Origin: Blastocladiella emersonii ATCC 22665
Lineage: Eukaryota > Fungi > Blastocladiomycota
Assembly (NCBI GenBank): GCA_025594325.1
Contig: JANHCV010000004.1
Location: 124,001-188,000, forward strand
Length of the DNA: 64,000 nucleotides
Direction: 5' to 3'
Shown in pieces: positions 33,401 to 45,061 of this stretch. The number at the start of each line of letters is the position of its first letter. The first letter of the stretch is position 1. The position numbers were made by a program, and so were the translations under genes. Under the pieces are notes generated by a model, which saw nothing but the letters and a program-made list of their open reading frames with translations, was not told the origin of the DNA and did no database searches.

Positions 33401-33867
33401 CGTCCGTGGCCCTGGCGCTCCCGCACGGCCAGACTATCACGCTCGGGGTGTCGGACGACGAGGCCATGGCGCTGTGCGAGTACCTGGACCGCGGGCACGC
33501 TTCCTCCGTCGACAAGTCGGTCCCCGCGACGCTGCCCGGCGGCAAGACGCCGTTCCCCGCGGCGATCCGGCCCATGCTCAAGCGCGCGGTGCTCCTGCCG
33601 CTGTACCCGGCGAGCGGGCTCGAGCACTACGAGGAGGACGACCTCGACCAGGTCAGCGGGGCCCCGGGTCTGCGCGGCGCCCGCGGCGGAGGCGTGCGGA
33701 CCAAGATGGCCGACACCATGGTCGAGATGCAGGAGATGTTCCGCAAGATGATGGAGTCGGGGATCGACGAGCAGATGCTCGAGGCCATGGGGCCCGAGGC
33801 CGCGCAGGAGCTGGTCAAGACGATGATGCGCAAGATGGCGCTCGAGAAGAAGAACTCGCGCAAGTGA
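30406..33867 (+). CDS. DUF4470-family protein (about 1132 aa); intron 31991-32053
   Basis: YYPFGNSVAVDL, DVLLCGCGDLRN and FDVIDTSNIID are typical of DUF4470 proteins. The phase-1 intron joins ORFs 30322 and 32200. Confidence 0.75.
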
Positions 33868-33919
33868 AAAGGACGATATGATTATATACAAACGTGCTTA
33901 GGCCACAAAACCTGGTATC

Positions 33920-34333
33920 CTACTGCTGCTGCATGTACTTCTCGTCAAAATCGCGGTCCCGCGCCCAGTAGGCGCCGGCGTCGGCGGGGATCGGGACGGC
34001 CTTGGCGAGCTTGTCGTCGCCCTCGGTGGCGACGAGGGTCGAGCCGGCGATGCGCGAGGCGAACATGTCGCGGGTCATGCCGCCAAACTTCCAGGTCTGC
34101 GTGACCTGCTCGGTCGGGGAGACCTCGTGCGTGAAGGTGACGGCGTAGTCGGGGGCGTTGTAGGTCCACTTGCCGTGGTCGCCGGCGGCCGGGTCGGCGG
34201 GGACCACCGTGTAGCTGCCGTCCGTGTGGAAGGTGACCTGGCGCTCGGCTGCCGTCGCCTCGTCGCCCTTGATGCGGTACGTAGCCGGGATCGGGAAGGG
34301 CAGGACGCCGCGGACGAGACCGGTCGAGGACAT
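33920..34333 (-). CDS. Small uncharacterised beta-rich protein, paralog 2 (137 aa)
   Basis: Intronless GC3-rich ORF homologous to 29459-29962. Confidence 0.8.
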   Translation of the reverse strand: MSSTGLVRGVLPFPIPATYRIKGDEATAAERQVTFHTDGSYTVVPADPAAGDHGKWTYNAPDYAVTFTHEVSPTEQVTQTWKFGGMTRDMFASRIAGSTLVATEGDDKLAKAVPIPADAGAYWARDRDFDEKYMQQQ

Positions 34334-34756
34334 GGTGAGTGATTGTTGTTTGCGTAACGATTAGGTGTGGGTTGCTGCTAGAGCGAGAGTGGAGAGAGGG
34401 GGCAGGCACCGCCGGCCTTTTGAAGGTTCCGCTCGCTCCCTCGTCAACGCGTTGGCCCGGTCACCGTTTCGCTGCTTGCCGTTTCCGTTCCTATGGAAGC
34501 CGCCCGTTCCGCCGCACGAGCGCTATTTCAGACACCATCGTGCCCATGCGGATCATGATTCGAGTCTATCGTGATTGCCCGTGTGCTCCTGCGTGGCCGA
34601 CGACGCGTCGGCGCCCTCTAGTCGGTCGCGTTGCGCCACTCACGCCGCGCACGCTCGCCGACGCCGCCGCCAAAGCGCGACGTTGCACCTCGCTCCTCGC
34701 GCTCCCCCTATGCCCCACCGCCACTGCATGCGATGCCATGTAACTTGCCGCAAACC

Positions 34757-36805
34757 ATGTATCCGCGACGAATCAACTGGCTGCTTGCCGCCGCCTGCAT
34801 CCTCCTCGCCGTCCTGACCCCCGCGGTGCGCGCCGACGAACGGTCGCACCGGTACACGGCCGGCGAGGAGGTGGTGGTGTGGGCCAGCACCGTCGGCCCG
34901 TTCGCCAACAGCGCCGAGACCTACGACTTCTTCTCGCTGCCCTACTGCAACGGCCCCGCCACCGCCGCGCCCAAGCACGACACGCTCGGCGAGGCCCTGC
35001 TCGGACTCGCCCCCGTCAACCTCGGCGTGCCCGCCCGGTTCGGCGCCAGTTCAGCGCCCAACTCGCTCCTGTGCACCGCCTCGCTCGACCCCAACCGGGT
35101 CGCCGCCTTCACCCGCGCCGTGCGCGAGGCCTACCGCTTCCAGCTCGTCGTCGACGACCTCCCCGTCTGGGGATGGGTCGGCCGCACGAGCGGGGAGCAC
35201 CATGACTCGTCGTCTTCGTCGTCGGGCAGCGCGCCGCGGGCACCGGCTGCTGCGCCCGCCTCGAACGCATCACTAGCGACGGGAGCGGTGCCCACAACGA
35301 ACACCTCCGGTGCGCGAGACGCGACCACACCGAGTCAACCGCGAGCGTACCTCTACACGCACTTTGACTTCCGCATCTCGACCAACAACGACCGCATCAT
35401 CCACGTCAACCTCACCACCACCAACCCGCGCCTGCTCGACCCGCTCCCACTGGTCGACGCGGCTGCGCCCGCCCTCGCCGTCAACTTTACCTACACGGTC
35501 GCCTTCTCGACCACCACCGTCCCCTTCTCGCAGCGGTTCGAAAAGTACCTCGACGCGGGCTTCTTCGAGCACCGCGTGCACTGGTTCTCGCTCGCCAACT
35601 CGCTGCTGCTGCTCGCCTTCCTCGTCGCCCTCGTCGTCGCCATCCTCGTCCGTTCCCTGCGCCGCGATTTTGCCCGCTACGACGTCGACATCTTCGACAT
35701 GGACCGCGACCTGCTCGACGGCTATGACGCAGGGTGGCGCCAGGTCCACGCCGACGTGTTCCGCGCCCCGCCGCGCACCGACCTCCTCGCCGCGTGTCTC
35801 GGCAGCGGCGCCCAGCTCGCCACCCTCGCCATCGCCACGATCGCCTACTCGGCCGCCGACGCCGCGTATAAGGAGATTGCCGACGGTGTCACTGCCGCCG
35901 TCTTCATCTACGCGGTCACAAGCGGCGTCAACGGCGCCGTCAGCGCTGCGTACTGCGCGCGGTACGGCGGCGGGTCGGGTAGTGGCGGTGGAAGCGGCGC
36001 GCGGCGGCAGTGGTGGGTGCGCCAGGCCCTGCTGAGCGCGGCGCTCGTCCCAGCTGCCAGCTGCGCCGTGTTCTTCGCCGTCAACCTCGTGGCGATCGCG
36101 ACGCACTCGGCGCGCGCCATCCCGTTCACGTCCATGGTCAGCCTCGCCGCCATCTTCGTGTTCCTCGTCGTCCCGCTGACCGTGATCGGCGCCGCTGTCG
36201 GCCGGCACTATTTCGGCGGCGCGCGCGTATCGCTGTCGATGCTCGGCGCGTCATCAACCACGCTCGCGGGCATGGCGGGCGCCGCCATGGCCGGGTTCCC
36301 ATGCCGTGTCAGCCCGATCCCGCGGCCGATCCCGGACCGCACCTGGCACACGCACCCGTGGGTGCTGGTCCTGGCGGGCGGCGTGCTGCCGTTCGCGAGC
36401 ATCTTCATCGAGCAGTACTTTCTGCTCACGGCCGTGTTCGGGTACCGCGCGGGCGGCGCCGCCTACTACTACATCTACGGCTGGCTCGCGCTCGCGCTCG
36501 TCCTGGTCCTCGCCTCGTGCGCGTGCTGCTCGACCGTCGTCGCGTACGTCCTCCTCAACGCCGAGGACCACCGCTGGCACTGGGCCAGCTTCTGTGCGTC
36601 CGCATCCACGGCCGCGTACATGTTCGTGTACGCGGCGTACTACTACGCGTTCAAGTCGCAGATGCACGGCCTGTTCCAGACCGTCTTCTACTTTGGATAC
36701 ACGCTCGCCGCGTGCGGGTGCATGGCCGTCCTGCTCGGGACCGTCGGACATCTCGCGGCCACTGCGTTTGTCCTCAAGCTCTACCGGAACGTGAAGCTCG
36801 ACTGA
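34757..36805 (+). CDS. TM9SF3: Transmembrane 9 superfamily (nonaspanin) member, TM9SF3/TMN3-like
   Basis: Signal peptide, VGPFANSAETYDFFSLPYC, HRVHWFSLANS, GWRQVHADVFRAP, GGVLPFASIFIE, EDHRWHW and terminal LYRNVKLD. Confidence 0.93.
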   Translation: MYPRRINWLLAAACILLAVLTPAVRADERSHRYTAGEEVVVWASTVGPFANSAETYDFFSLPYCNGPATAAPKHDTLGEALLGLAPVNLGVPARFGASSAPNSLLCTASLDPNRVAAFTRAVREAYRFQLVVDDLPVWGWVGRTSGEHHDSSSSSSGSAPRAPAAAPASNASLATGAVPTTNTSGARDATTPSQPRAYLYTHFDFRISTNNDRIIHVNLTTTNPRLLDPLPLVDAAAPALAVNFTYTVAFSTTTVPFSQRFEKYLDAGFFEHRVHWFSLANSLLLLAFLVALVVAILVRSLRRDFARYDVDIFDMDRDLLDGYDAGWRQVHADVFRAPPRTDLLAACLGSGAQLATLAIATIAYSAADAAYKEIADGVTAAVFIYAVTSGVNGAVSAAYCARYGGGSGSGGGSGARRQWWVRQALLSAALVPAASCAVFFAVNLVAIATHSARAIPFTSMVSLAAIFVFLVVPLTVIGAAVGRHYFGGARVSLSMLGASSTTLAGMAGAAMAGFPCRVSPIPRPIPDRTWHTHPWVLVLAGGVLPFASIFIEQYFLLTAVFGYRAGGAAYYYIYGWLALALVLVLASCACCSTVVAYVLLNAEDHRWHWASFCASASTAAYMFVYAAYYYAFKSQMHGLFQTVFYFGYTLAACGCMAVLLGTVGHLAATAFVLKLYRNVKLD

Positions 36806-39800
36806 AAATACAAACTGGAGATTGTTCATTCAGCAAAGAAACCAAACTACTCGTGGACAACCGTGGCCGTGACCGCGTTTGCACCGATTGGTCCGGCCAA
36901 CGCGTGTACCAGAGTGAAAGGCTCAGACGGTCCGTTGGTGGCATGGCCAGCGTCCGGCCCGAAGAACGGCTTCTTGGCAATCTGAGCAACGATGTGAAGA
37001 CCGGGGTGGAGGCGAGGGTGGTCGTTGAGATCTTGGCCGAGGTTAGTCCTTGAGATCTTGGCTGAGGAGGCGACGAACTTGCCAACGGCCGACTGGAGGA
37101 AAGCTTTGGTGACGGTGATCGAGGATGGCGAGGCGGGAGCTACAGATAATCTTGAGCGACGTGGCCGACAACGCCTTGATGGCGTCCCTGACGCGAGAGG
37201 TCGGGGGGATCCACACATATGCGGTGCAGCGGGCCCACAACCACCGTGGTTAGCGCTGTGGGAAGAATGGTGTACGCCGCGAACACTCGGCGCAGCACAA
37301 GCGCGCCGAGGACAGGTAGTATCGGGACGGCGAGCCACACGCGATGGTGCGGGTGCGCCGTGTGCGTTACCGAGTGCGGTGGCTGCTCGGCATACACGCG
37401 GTGAGGAAGGGTCTCGAACAACATTGCGACATGCCAGGACAGCGAGTGAGCGCTCGATCTGAGCGCCGAAGTCAGTGTCGCTAGTGTACCCTAAGCTCCA
37501 GCATCCGGGGGATCAGTCGCAGGGTCGACTGCGTCACCGGATCCCACCTCGAAGTCTCACCCACGAGCTCAGAAAGCAACACGGCCGCCCAGCGCGGCGG
37601 TAAAGTGCTCGGCGTCCTCGGATCCCGAGCGCAGGTGCAACTCCGGCATGTCGCGAGCTGGTCGCGCCGCACGACGAACGCGTGGAAGGCCCGGGTGGCA
37701 GTACACGGCGCAGTTCTCGGCCCCGTCAGTCGGTGGAGTGGAAGCGAGTTACTCGGCCACGGGGAGCGTCAACTGGGAGATGCGAGTGCACGACGCTGCG
37801 AGTTCGGGCGGCAGCAGGCGCGCAGGCCCGGCGTGTGCAGCGGCGCGTCGACGACGGACGCGGCCGATGCAACTACTGCTGCTGCGAATGCATTGCATCG
37901 AGTGGGGACGAGTTCATGGGCTGAGTTCGTTGCATCGGAGGGGTGAGAGAGGGGAGGTGAGTGCGGCGAAGGCGGGAGAGATCACGCCGGCATGAGCGCC
38001 GCGTCGCCGTCGAGTCTTCCGCGGGCAACGTACAACCAGGCACCGAGCGAAAGAGCGAGCTGTTAGCACGGATCGGACATCAAAGTAGCAACGCAGGCCC
38101 CACAGGGGTTACGCATATCTAGGCGCCCGTCGGCGGCGCCCAGCGTCCATGAGAGGGACGCGAGCAACCAGTGACGGGCGGCCTCGAAAGAGCTGCTGGT
38201 ACGGGCGCGGAGGATGGTGCGAGAGAGGGGAGGGGAGAAAAATGTTAGTAGTACTGTACTGCACGCGTGCGTGGCGTGCGTGTTCCGCCCCCGGCGGTCC
38301 ACGACTCCAGTCATACGCTGCCCGCGCGCGCACGCATGGGTATACGTCCTCGTCGTGTCCGTCCGATCGGCCGCCCCGTGGCGGGGAGCTGCGTGAGGCG
38401 TGCGGATGCGCCCGGCACCCGCAACGCACGCTCGCGCCCCGCTGTCGAAGCCCTGCCGGTGCTACTCCCGACACTTACGACAAGGTGGGACTCGGGCAGT
38501 CAGTCCCCTTGCGGTGTGGTCCGTGGTGAACCCCACCAGCCCCGATCAGAGAGATATCGTGCTGGTGTGGGGCGGAAGGTCCACCACCAGGCCTATAGTC
38601 GGCAGGGACGGGCGCGGCGACGGACACGGTGTGGGTGCGTTCATTGCATGGGGTCGATTGAGGGGAGGTGGGTGGGTCGGGACAGTGCGCTACGTGAGGA
38701 GCGAGAGCGAGAGGGTGGGCGGGGCGACGGCGCCGGTTTTATAGGGCGTCCGCGCCGCCTCTCTGTTCGACGCGTCGCGCGCGCTGCGCCACAGCAAACC
38801 GCGGAGGGCGCGAACGCCGCTGCAACGCAACACTCGGGCGCGCTCGGCGAACAAGAAGGCGCGCCGCCCGGCAAGGCTCGTGGCCAAATATGAGTAAGCA
38901 ATGCACAGCGAGCAGGTCTTGGCGCTCCCGGTGCGGAGATTCGAGGAGGGAGACGGCGGCGCGACGCGTCCGGTGCGAGGATCAAGCAAGGTGGGCGACC
39001 CCGGCGCGCCGCGGGGGCATCGAGCCCCGAACTCGATGCAACGGCTCATTTGGGCAGGCAGACGTGGCGGCGAGCAAAGTGTATCGGATCTTCGTCAATG
39101 TCGATGCGGGCCACGTCAGTTTGACGCGTAGCGCACCGGCGGAAGACAACGTGGAAGCCTCGATCGTGGCCGCGCGCGACGCGCCAAGTGGGCGACAAGT
39201 GCCGTTATGGGGTGCTGCCAAGAGGGAGACGCGGCGGCGAGGTGCCGAAACCGGACGCGACGCGCGGCGGCGGCGATGCGCGACGCGTCTCCCCCCGCGG
39301 TCGCGTGACGTGAGACGCCTTCGGCGTGACCGACCCCTGAAGATCATCAACCAGAACCAAGTCTCGCCGGGAGGCTATCCGCGTGGTCACGGCGGCTGCA
39401 CGACGAGGATCTCGCGCGAGCGAGCGACTCGGCGGGCTGTGACGATGGCGAGAGCCGTGGGGGAAGGGCGGGACACTTCTCAGAGCGGTAAGCAGTCAAG
39501 GGAAGCGCTCGAGCGGGAGTGCACGGAGATGCAGCGAAGCCTCGGGGTTGCCGGCGAGGATGGCGGCACCGTGGAGGCGCGCGAGAGCGAGCCTGCCCAC
39601 AAGGACGGCCGGGAAGGTCGGCAGGATGCATTGCAGCGAGTGGTTCGGCCACGAGAAGCCGTCTCGGGTGCAGAGAAGGCGGGTCGAGTGTGAAGGCGGC
39701 CGAGCGGGTCGGCGCCGCCCGTGAGCGAGCGACCGCACCTCGCTAAGAGCACCCGTCCCACGTAGACCTGCAACGCGACGCGTTTCGGCGCGCGTTTCCC

Positions 39801-40741
39801 GTGACGTTGCTCTTCGGCGCACTCATGAGAAAGTGCGTCGAGCGCGTCTCCGGGTCGCCCCGTCAGGGGTCGTCAACGAGCGGGCGAGCTCAGAGGTCGG
39901 TGGCGGGCCACGCCGCGCGCTCGCAGCAGCCGTGACGGCGGGGCCGGCTGCGCACTCTCACGCAACCGTCTCACGAATGAACGAGACCGAAAGCATGGAT
40001 GAAAATGAATGCTCCAAAGAGGTGTTCGAGATGCAAGTCCAGGGCGTGGAATCCTCACGGATGGGCGCCGGTTTGCAGGCGCGCGGCGGGGGACTGCGCT
40101 CGAGGTGCCGCAGCGGCAGGCCCATCCTCGGCCCCGGTCCCCGTATGCGTCTATCTCGGTCGGCCTAGCAGTGCGGCATGAAGGCTCAAGGACGAGTCCT
40201 GAGCGGGTGGCCACCGTCGCGGAGCACTCGCCGCGGGACGCCAGCACCGACCCAGGATGCAGTGCGGGTCGGCCGCAGCGCGCTGCAGGCACTTTCGGGT
40301 GCGATTACGAGTCGCTTTGGGTGCTGCCGAGAGGAGCGGCGACGTCCGATCGCGCCAGAAGCAGTCTCGGAGGCCGTGGGAACGCGGGGGAGGCTCGGCG
40401 CCGACGTGTTGCTGCTGGTCGCGTGCGTGGCGGCGCCGGAGCCCTTCTCCACCTCACCATCTCGCCAGCGGCTCTCGCTCGTTGCCGGAGCGCACCCAGC
40501 GTAGTCGTTCGTTCTCTGCCCGCTACTCCCTCCTCGGCGTAGTGTCGCTCGCGGGCGATCCCGACCTTCTCCGACCTTGCGGGGTGGCGCGTCGCGCCGA
40601 CGCGTGTGCCGCGCGGCGCGTCGCTCAGAAGTCGGGAGACGACGCGCCACGTGGGCCCGCCTTCGCTCCTCCACCCCTTGCTTCTCTCGCTCTCTCCCCG
40701 GTGGCCATGAATCTCACACACATCACGCCCATGTATCGCAG

Positions 40742-42543
40742 ACCACTCCGCGCAACGTGTGCGCACCACCACCACGGCCGCCGTGACCGCGGTCTCGTTC
40801 CTCAACAACTTTGGTGCGACCTCGCTCGGCTTCACCGACTTCCTCTCCAACACCAAGATCTCGTCCTGCGGCCCGCTCGCCCCACGCACCGACTCTAAAT
40901 ATCTCTACATCCCGTGTGCGTCGCGCGCTGGCCATCGACTTTACCAAGAACCAGACGCTGCCGGTCGCCCTCGAGGTCGCGGCTACTGCAGCCACGCCTC
41001 GGGGCGCTACACCCGCACCCGACTGCATCATCCTGGGCGGCGGCAAGCTCTACAGCTCCGCCCTCCGCGTCGTGACGACGCTGACCGCCGGCCACGCCGC
41101 GGCCGTCCTGTCCGACCTGTACTCGGCCCTCAAGGAGCCGACACTCGGGCTCGCCAAGATCTTCACCCTGCTCCTCGACTACTCTACTCTTCGCTCGATT
41201 GTTGTGATCGCCAGCACACTCCTCCGCGGCAACGCCACATCACTCGCCGCCTCGCTGTACTCCCACCTCCCTGTCGACTTTGCCACCCCGACTACCGCTG
41301 GCCCCGTTGCCGTGGCTCGACTCGACTACCTCACCACCATCGTCGCCCTGACCATCGCATTTGGCCTCATCACCACGCTCGCGCTGCGCCACGCGCGGCC
41401 CACCTCCAAGCTCGACTCGGGCATCCACGACGACCTCGACGCGTGCGACGCACGCGACTCCACCGTCGCCGACTCGGACGCCGAGACCCTCGTCGACGCG
41501 TCCCCCGACAACTTCAAGACGGCCCTCGAGACCGACTGGAACAACAACGACGACGTGACCGTGTCGGGCAGCAGCACCACCACCACCACCACCATGTCCG
41601 ACTCGACCTGCGCCAGCTCGCCCGCCTCGGTCCTCGCGCAGTCGGTCCTCGACCTCGACAGCATCAAGTCGGTGACCGTGCCCGAGTCCAAGATGCTGGT
41701 CGAACCCCCGGCCAAGACCGACATCCCCGCGTGCGACACCGTCCCGCGCCCCATCACCCCGACGACTGGGCCCTCCGCTGACGCGGGCCTCGCGCAGTCG
41801 GCTGGCTCGGCGACTCCGATCATCCAGCCCGGAAACCCCAACATCACTAAGCCGGCGGCGGCGGCGGTGCTCGACGCCGAGGTCGCGCTGGCGACGGACC
41901 TCACGATCCCCGCGAGCGACCTCGGCTCGCGCCCCACCACCCCGACGACCGGCCTCGACATCGACAGCGCATCCATGACCATGCCCAAGACCCTGTCCAA
42001 CGGCTACGAGAGCGGCTACGAGACCGACGCCTCGTGCTCCGACAGCGACTCGTCGGACGAGGACCAGTTCGGCTTCGAGACCCGCGGTGCCGCCTCGATC
42101 GACCAGCTGTCGTGCTCGGCCCTGTTCCGCAACGGCACCGACATGACGCCCACGGTCTCCGCCGACGTGTTCGCCCCCGCCCTCGCCCAGCCACTCGCGC
42201 TCGCACTCGCGCACGAGATCTCGCCCGCCCCGCCGGCCCGCGCCATCAAGAAGACCAAGAAAAAAAGTCGGCGGCCGCCAAGAAGCCCACCGCTGCCGCC
42301 GCCACCGCGTACGCGTCGCCCTCGTCATCCGACTCGGACCTGGCCGCCGCCGACTACGTCGCCATCAACTCGGCTGACGTCCTCGACGCCATGGACCGCG
42401 ACGAGTACGTCAAGGTCGACGTGCGCGACTCGATCCCGACGCCCCGGCTGACCGACGCCAAGCTCGACGGGGAATACGAGGCGCTCGAGACGGCCGCGAT
42501 TGCCGAGGAGAAGGACCGCGACGAGTTTGTGCTCGTTTTCTGA
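40742..42543 (+). pseudogene. Uncharacterised membrane/low-complexity protein broken by two frameshifts (about 40880-40920 and the A7 run near 42260)
   Basis: GC3-rich coding signal passes from ORF 40759 to ORF 40811 to ORF 42034, with no GT-AG intron able to explain the shifts. Pseudogene or sequence error. Confidence 0.5.
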
Positions 42544-44653
42544 CCCGCGGCCGACCATCGCCACCACCACTTCTAGAAGCCGTTGGCGCCGCGTGTACGG
42601 CGCCCGTCGACACTACTACCAGGCGTGTACACTCTACCCCACCCCAACTCTTTTGTCAAACGTAACATACCCGACTTGGACTCTGTGAAAATGGCACTCT
42701 CGGCTCAGTCAGCGAGTTGGGCAGCTCGGTCGGTACAGCAGCGTGTCCTAATGAGCTCGGCCATGGCGAGACCCCTGTTACTCGCAACCTGCCGCGACTG
42801 CTGAAGCTGGTCGCGGACGGCGGACGGGGGTCTAGAGTTTGAGCTCGAGCGCCAGCTGCATCGCTGACCGCCGCACGAGCTGGTCTCGTCGCGCGTGTTT
42901 GTCAAGTCGGCGCCCTCGCGGATTGATCACCACACCGACACGGCACGGGTACAATTTCCTCAGTCTTGGACCTCATTCCTGCGCGCGCGGACGTGTTTTT
43001 TCCTGATGCACATCCAGTGCTGGCGCCTCGGTGAGAGCATTGTCGTCGCGGGCGTGAGTGCACCGCGTCCGCGGCGCGTGCCGTCAATCGTCGACTGTAA
43101 CTGGCCTTCACCAACGTTCAACATCAACAACCGCGCGAGTGCGGTCCAACAAGTTCCTCAAGGGCGTGGGATCGCGTGTAACCAGTAACTATAGAGAAGT
43201 GGGGCGTGGAGTGTATGGAGAACGGTTATGAGTTGATTTGAAGCCGCGTTAGGGCTGGTTGTGGCGCGACGACCATGGCCATGGTCACGATCAACGTGAA
43301 CGCCGCGAGCGACATCCCTCGATGCGAGAGTGCTTCCTTGAGGAGCCACATGCGCCGTCCGAGATTTCGAGAGTCCCACGAGCTGCTAGTGAGCGAGAAT
43401 CAAGCGCAGTCAAGTCGAGTTCTATGAGGCTGGATTGACGACATACGAACCGCAGATCGAGCAAAGTTGCCGCGGACGAGACGGCAAAGGGATCAAGCAG
43501 TGGCAGTGGTACATCTACTGGATCAGGGCGCAGAGAAGGCGCGGTGCCCCACGAACAAGATCAGGCGTGGGAAAGTATGGCACAGAGCGACGCGGCAGTG
43601 TGTCGTGTCAGGTCGAACTCGATTGAGCTCGGCACATCGGCCGGGGCGGGCATGATATGTGCGTAATGCGTCCGGTTCACGTACGACCAGGCCATTCCGG
43701 CACTCGACAGGAGCGTGAAAGTATCGAGAATCGCCAGTCGAAGTCACGCCAAGCTGGGAGCTCGGCGGGATCGTGTAAGGCAGGCGTAGCACGCCAGCCG
43801 GTTCATCGCTGGGATTACGGGCATCGGGCAGGGTCTTGAGTTGGGTGCTGCAGGTTTCGCATGGCACCTCGATCCCACCAAGTAGGACAAGCATTGAGCT
43901 GACACACAAGCTAGCTGGACCGGATCTCGGAGATCGAGTTTTCTGGCACCTCGCACGGTTTCCAAAGCACTGGCGCGTGGTTTGGACTAAGCTTGACCTG
44001 TCCGAGAGCTGAAACGTGCGGAATGCGTGGCACGGGGCGAGCGACGCAGAAGCCTACCTGAAAACCAACGGTGCCGTGCTCGAGAGCAGAGGCAGCACTC
44101 GGGGCGTGCCGCCGGTCGGGTGCGGCGTACCGGGGATGCTTGACGGGCGACAGAAAGCACAGCTTTCGCGCAGGAGCGACTGAATCCAGGTCCACGCCAC
44201 AGACCGACGAGCCGCCCCGTCCTCGGTCGCGATGGAAGAGCGCATGATCAGCTGTGGAAATTGTCTTGGTCTGCCGATGGTGACCTGGGAGAAGGCAGCC
44301 TGCGGGCCAAGAGCGAGCGAGCAGTCCGACCAAGCTGTACCGCCAACTGGCGCACTCTTGGCCTGTCCAGTACAGGTTCTGCTTGATATAATTCAGCAAT
44401 TTATAATTGCCCTTCATTGGCTTTCATGGAGTTCGGCGCCATCGCTGCGGCGTGCGAGCGGAGAGACTGCGGAGAGACGAGCTCCTGGGCTCAATCAGGC
44501 TTGTTCAGTTGAGCTTCGTGGCGGTTCACGCTGTGGCGCAACGCGTCCTCCATCAATCAATCTGCTCCAAGCAGGACATACATATCTCGAAGTGCAAGAC
44601 GAGAATCACATCGGAGCAGCGGGGGTATCGTAGCCTCAGGCTCTGCTGCCACA

Positions 44654-45061
44654 TTCGAGCTCGCCGACGGGACCATGCCCAGCCACCGCAAGTTCGCTGG
44701 CTTCTGGCTCGTCGACCCGACGACGGTGCCCGTCCTGTCAGCCGCCGCGGTTCCGCCGTAGCAGCTCGATTGGGCCCTGCTTGACGACGCGCTTATCTCG
44801 TCAACCCTCGCGTCGGCCGGGTTCACATACAACAGCAACGACGCGGACGTCCAGATGGTTACAAAAGCGGGCCGGGGGGCGTGCTTGGGTACCACGACAT
44901 TCGATGCGACCATGACGCACTGCGAGGCGCCCGTGCAGGAGCTGTCCAAGCTCGTAGTCAAGCGCGAGGCTTTCGCGTACCCTTCCACAACTCGTGGGAG
45001 TGGAGGCGGAAAGAGCTTGTTCAAACTGGGAGAGAGAATCAGGCACAGGCTGCATCAGTGA
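44654..45061 (+). pseudogene. Decayed uncharacterised gene D (right copy; in-frame TAG near 44760)
   Basis: FELADGT..HRKF.GF..VDPT..LSAAAVPP*QL..ALLDDALI...ELSKLVVKREAFAY. Ends at the same TGA as the left copy. Confidence 0.6.

Noticed and set aside
35197-35345. Ser/Ala/Thr-rich insert in the TM9SF3 lumenal domain as an intron or mobile insertion
   Set aside because: It is in frame, has no convincing donor-branch-acceptor set or terminal repeats, and fits a variable loop.
19412-45053. Mating-type switching cassette or inverted-repeat centromere
   Set aside because: No HMG-box, homeodomain, pheromone or receptor gene was recognised. The core is gene-dense and GC-rich, unlike inverted-repeat centromere cores.
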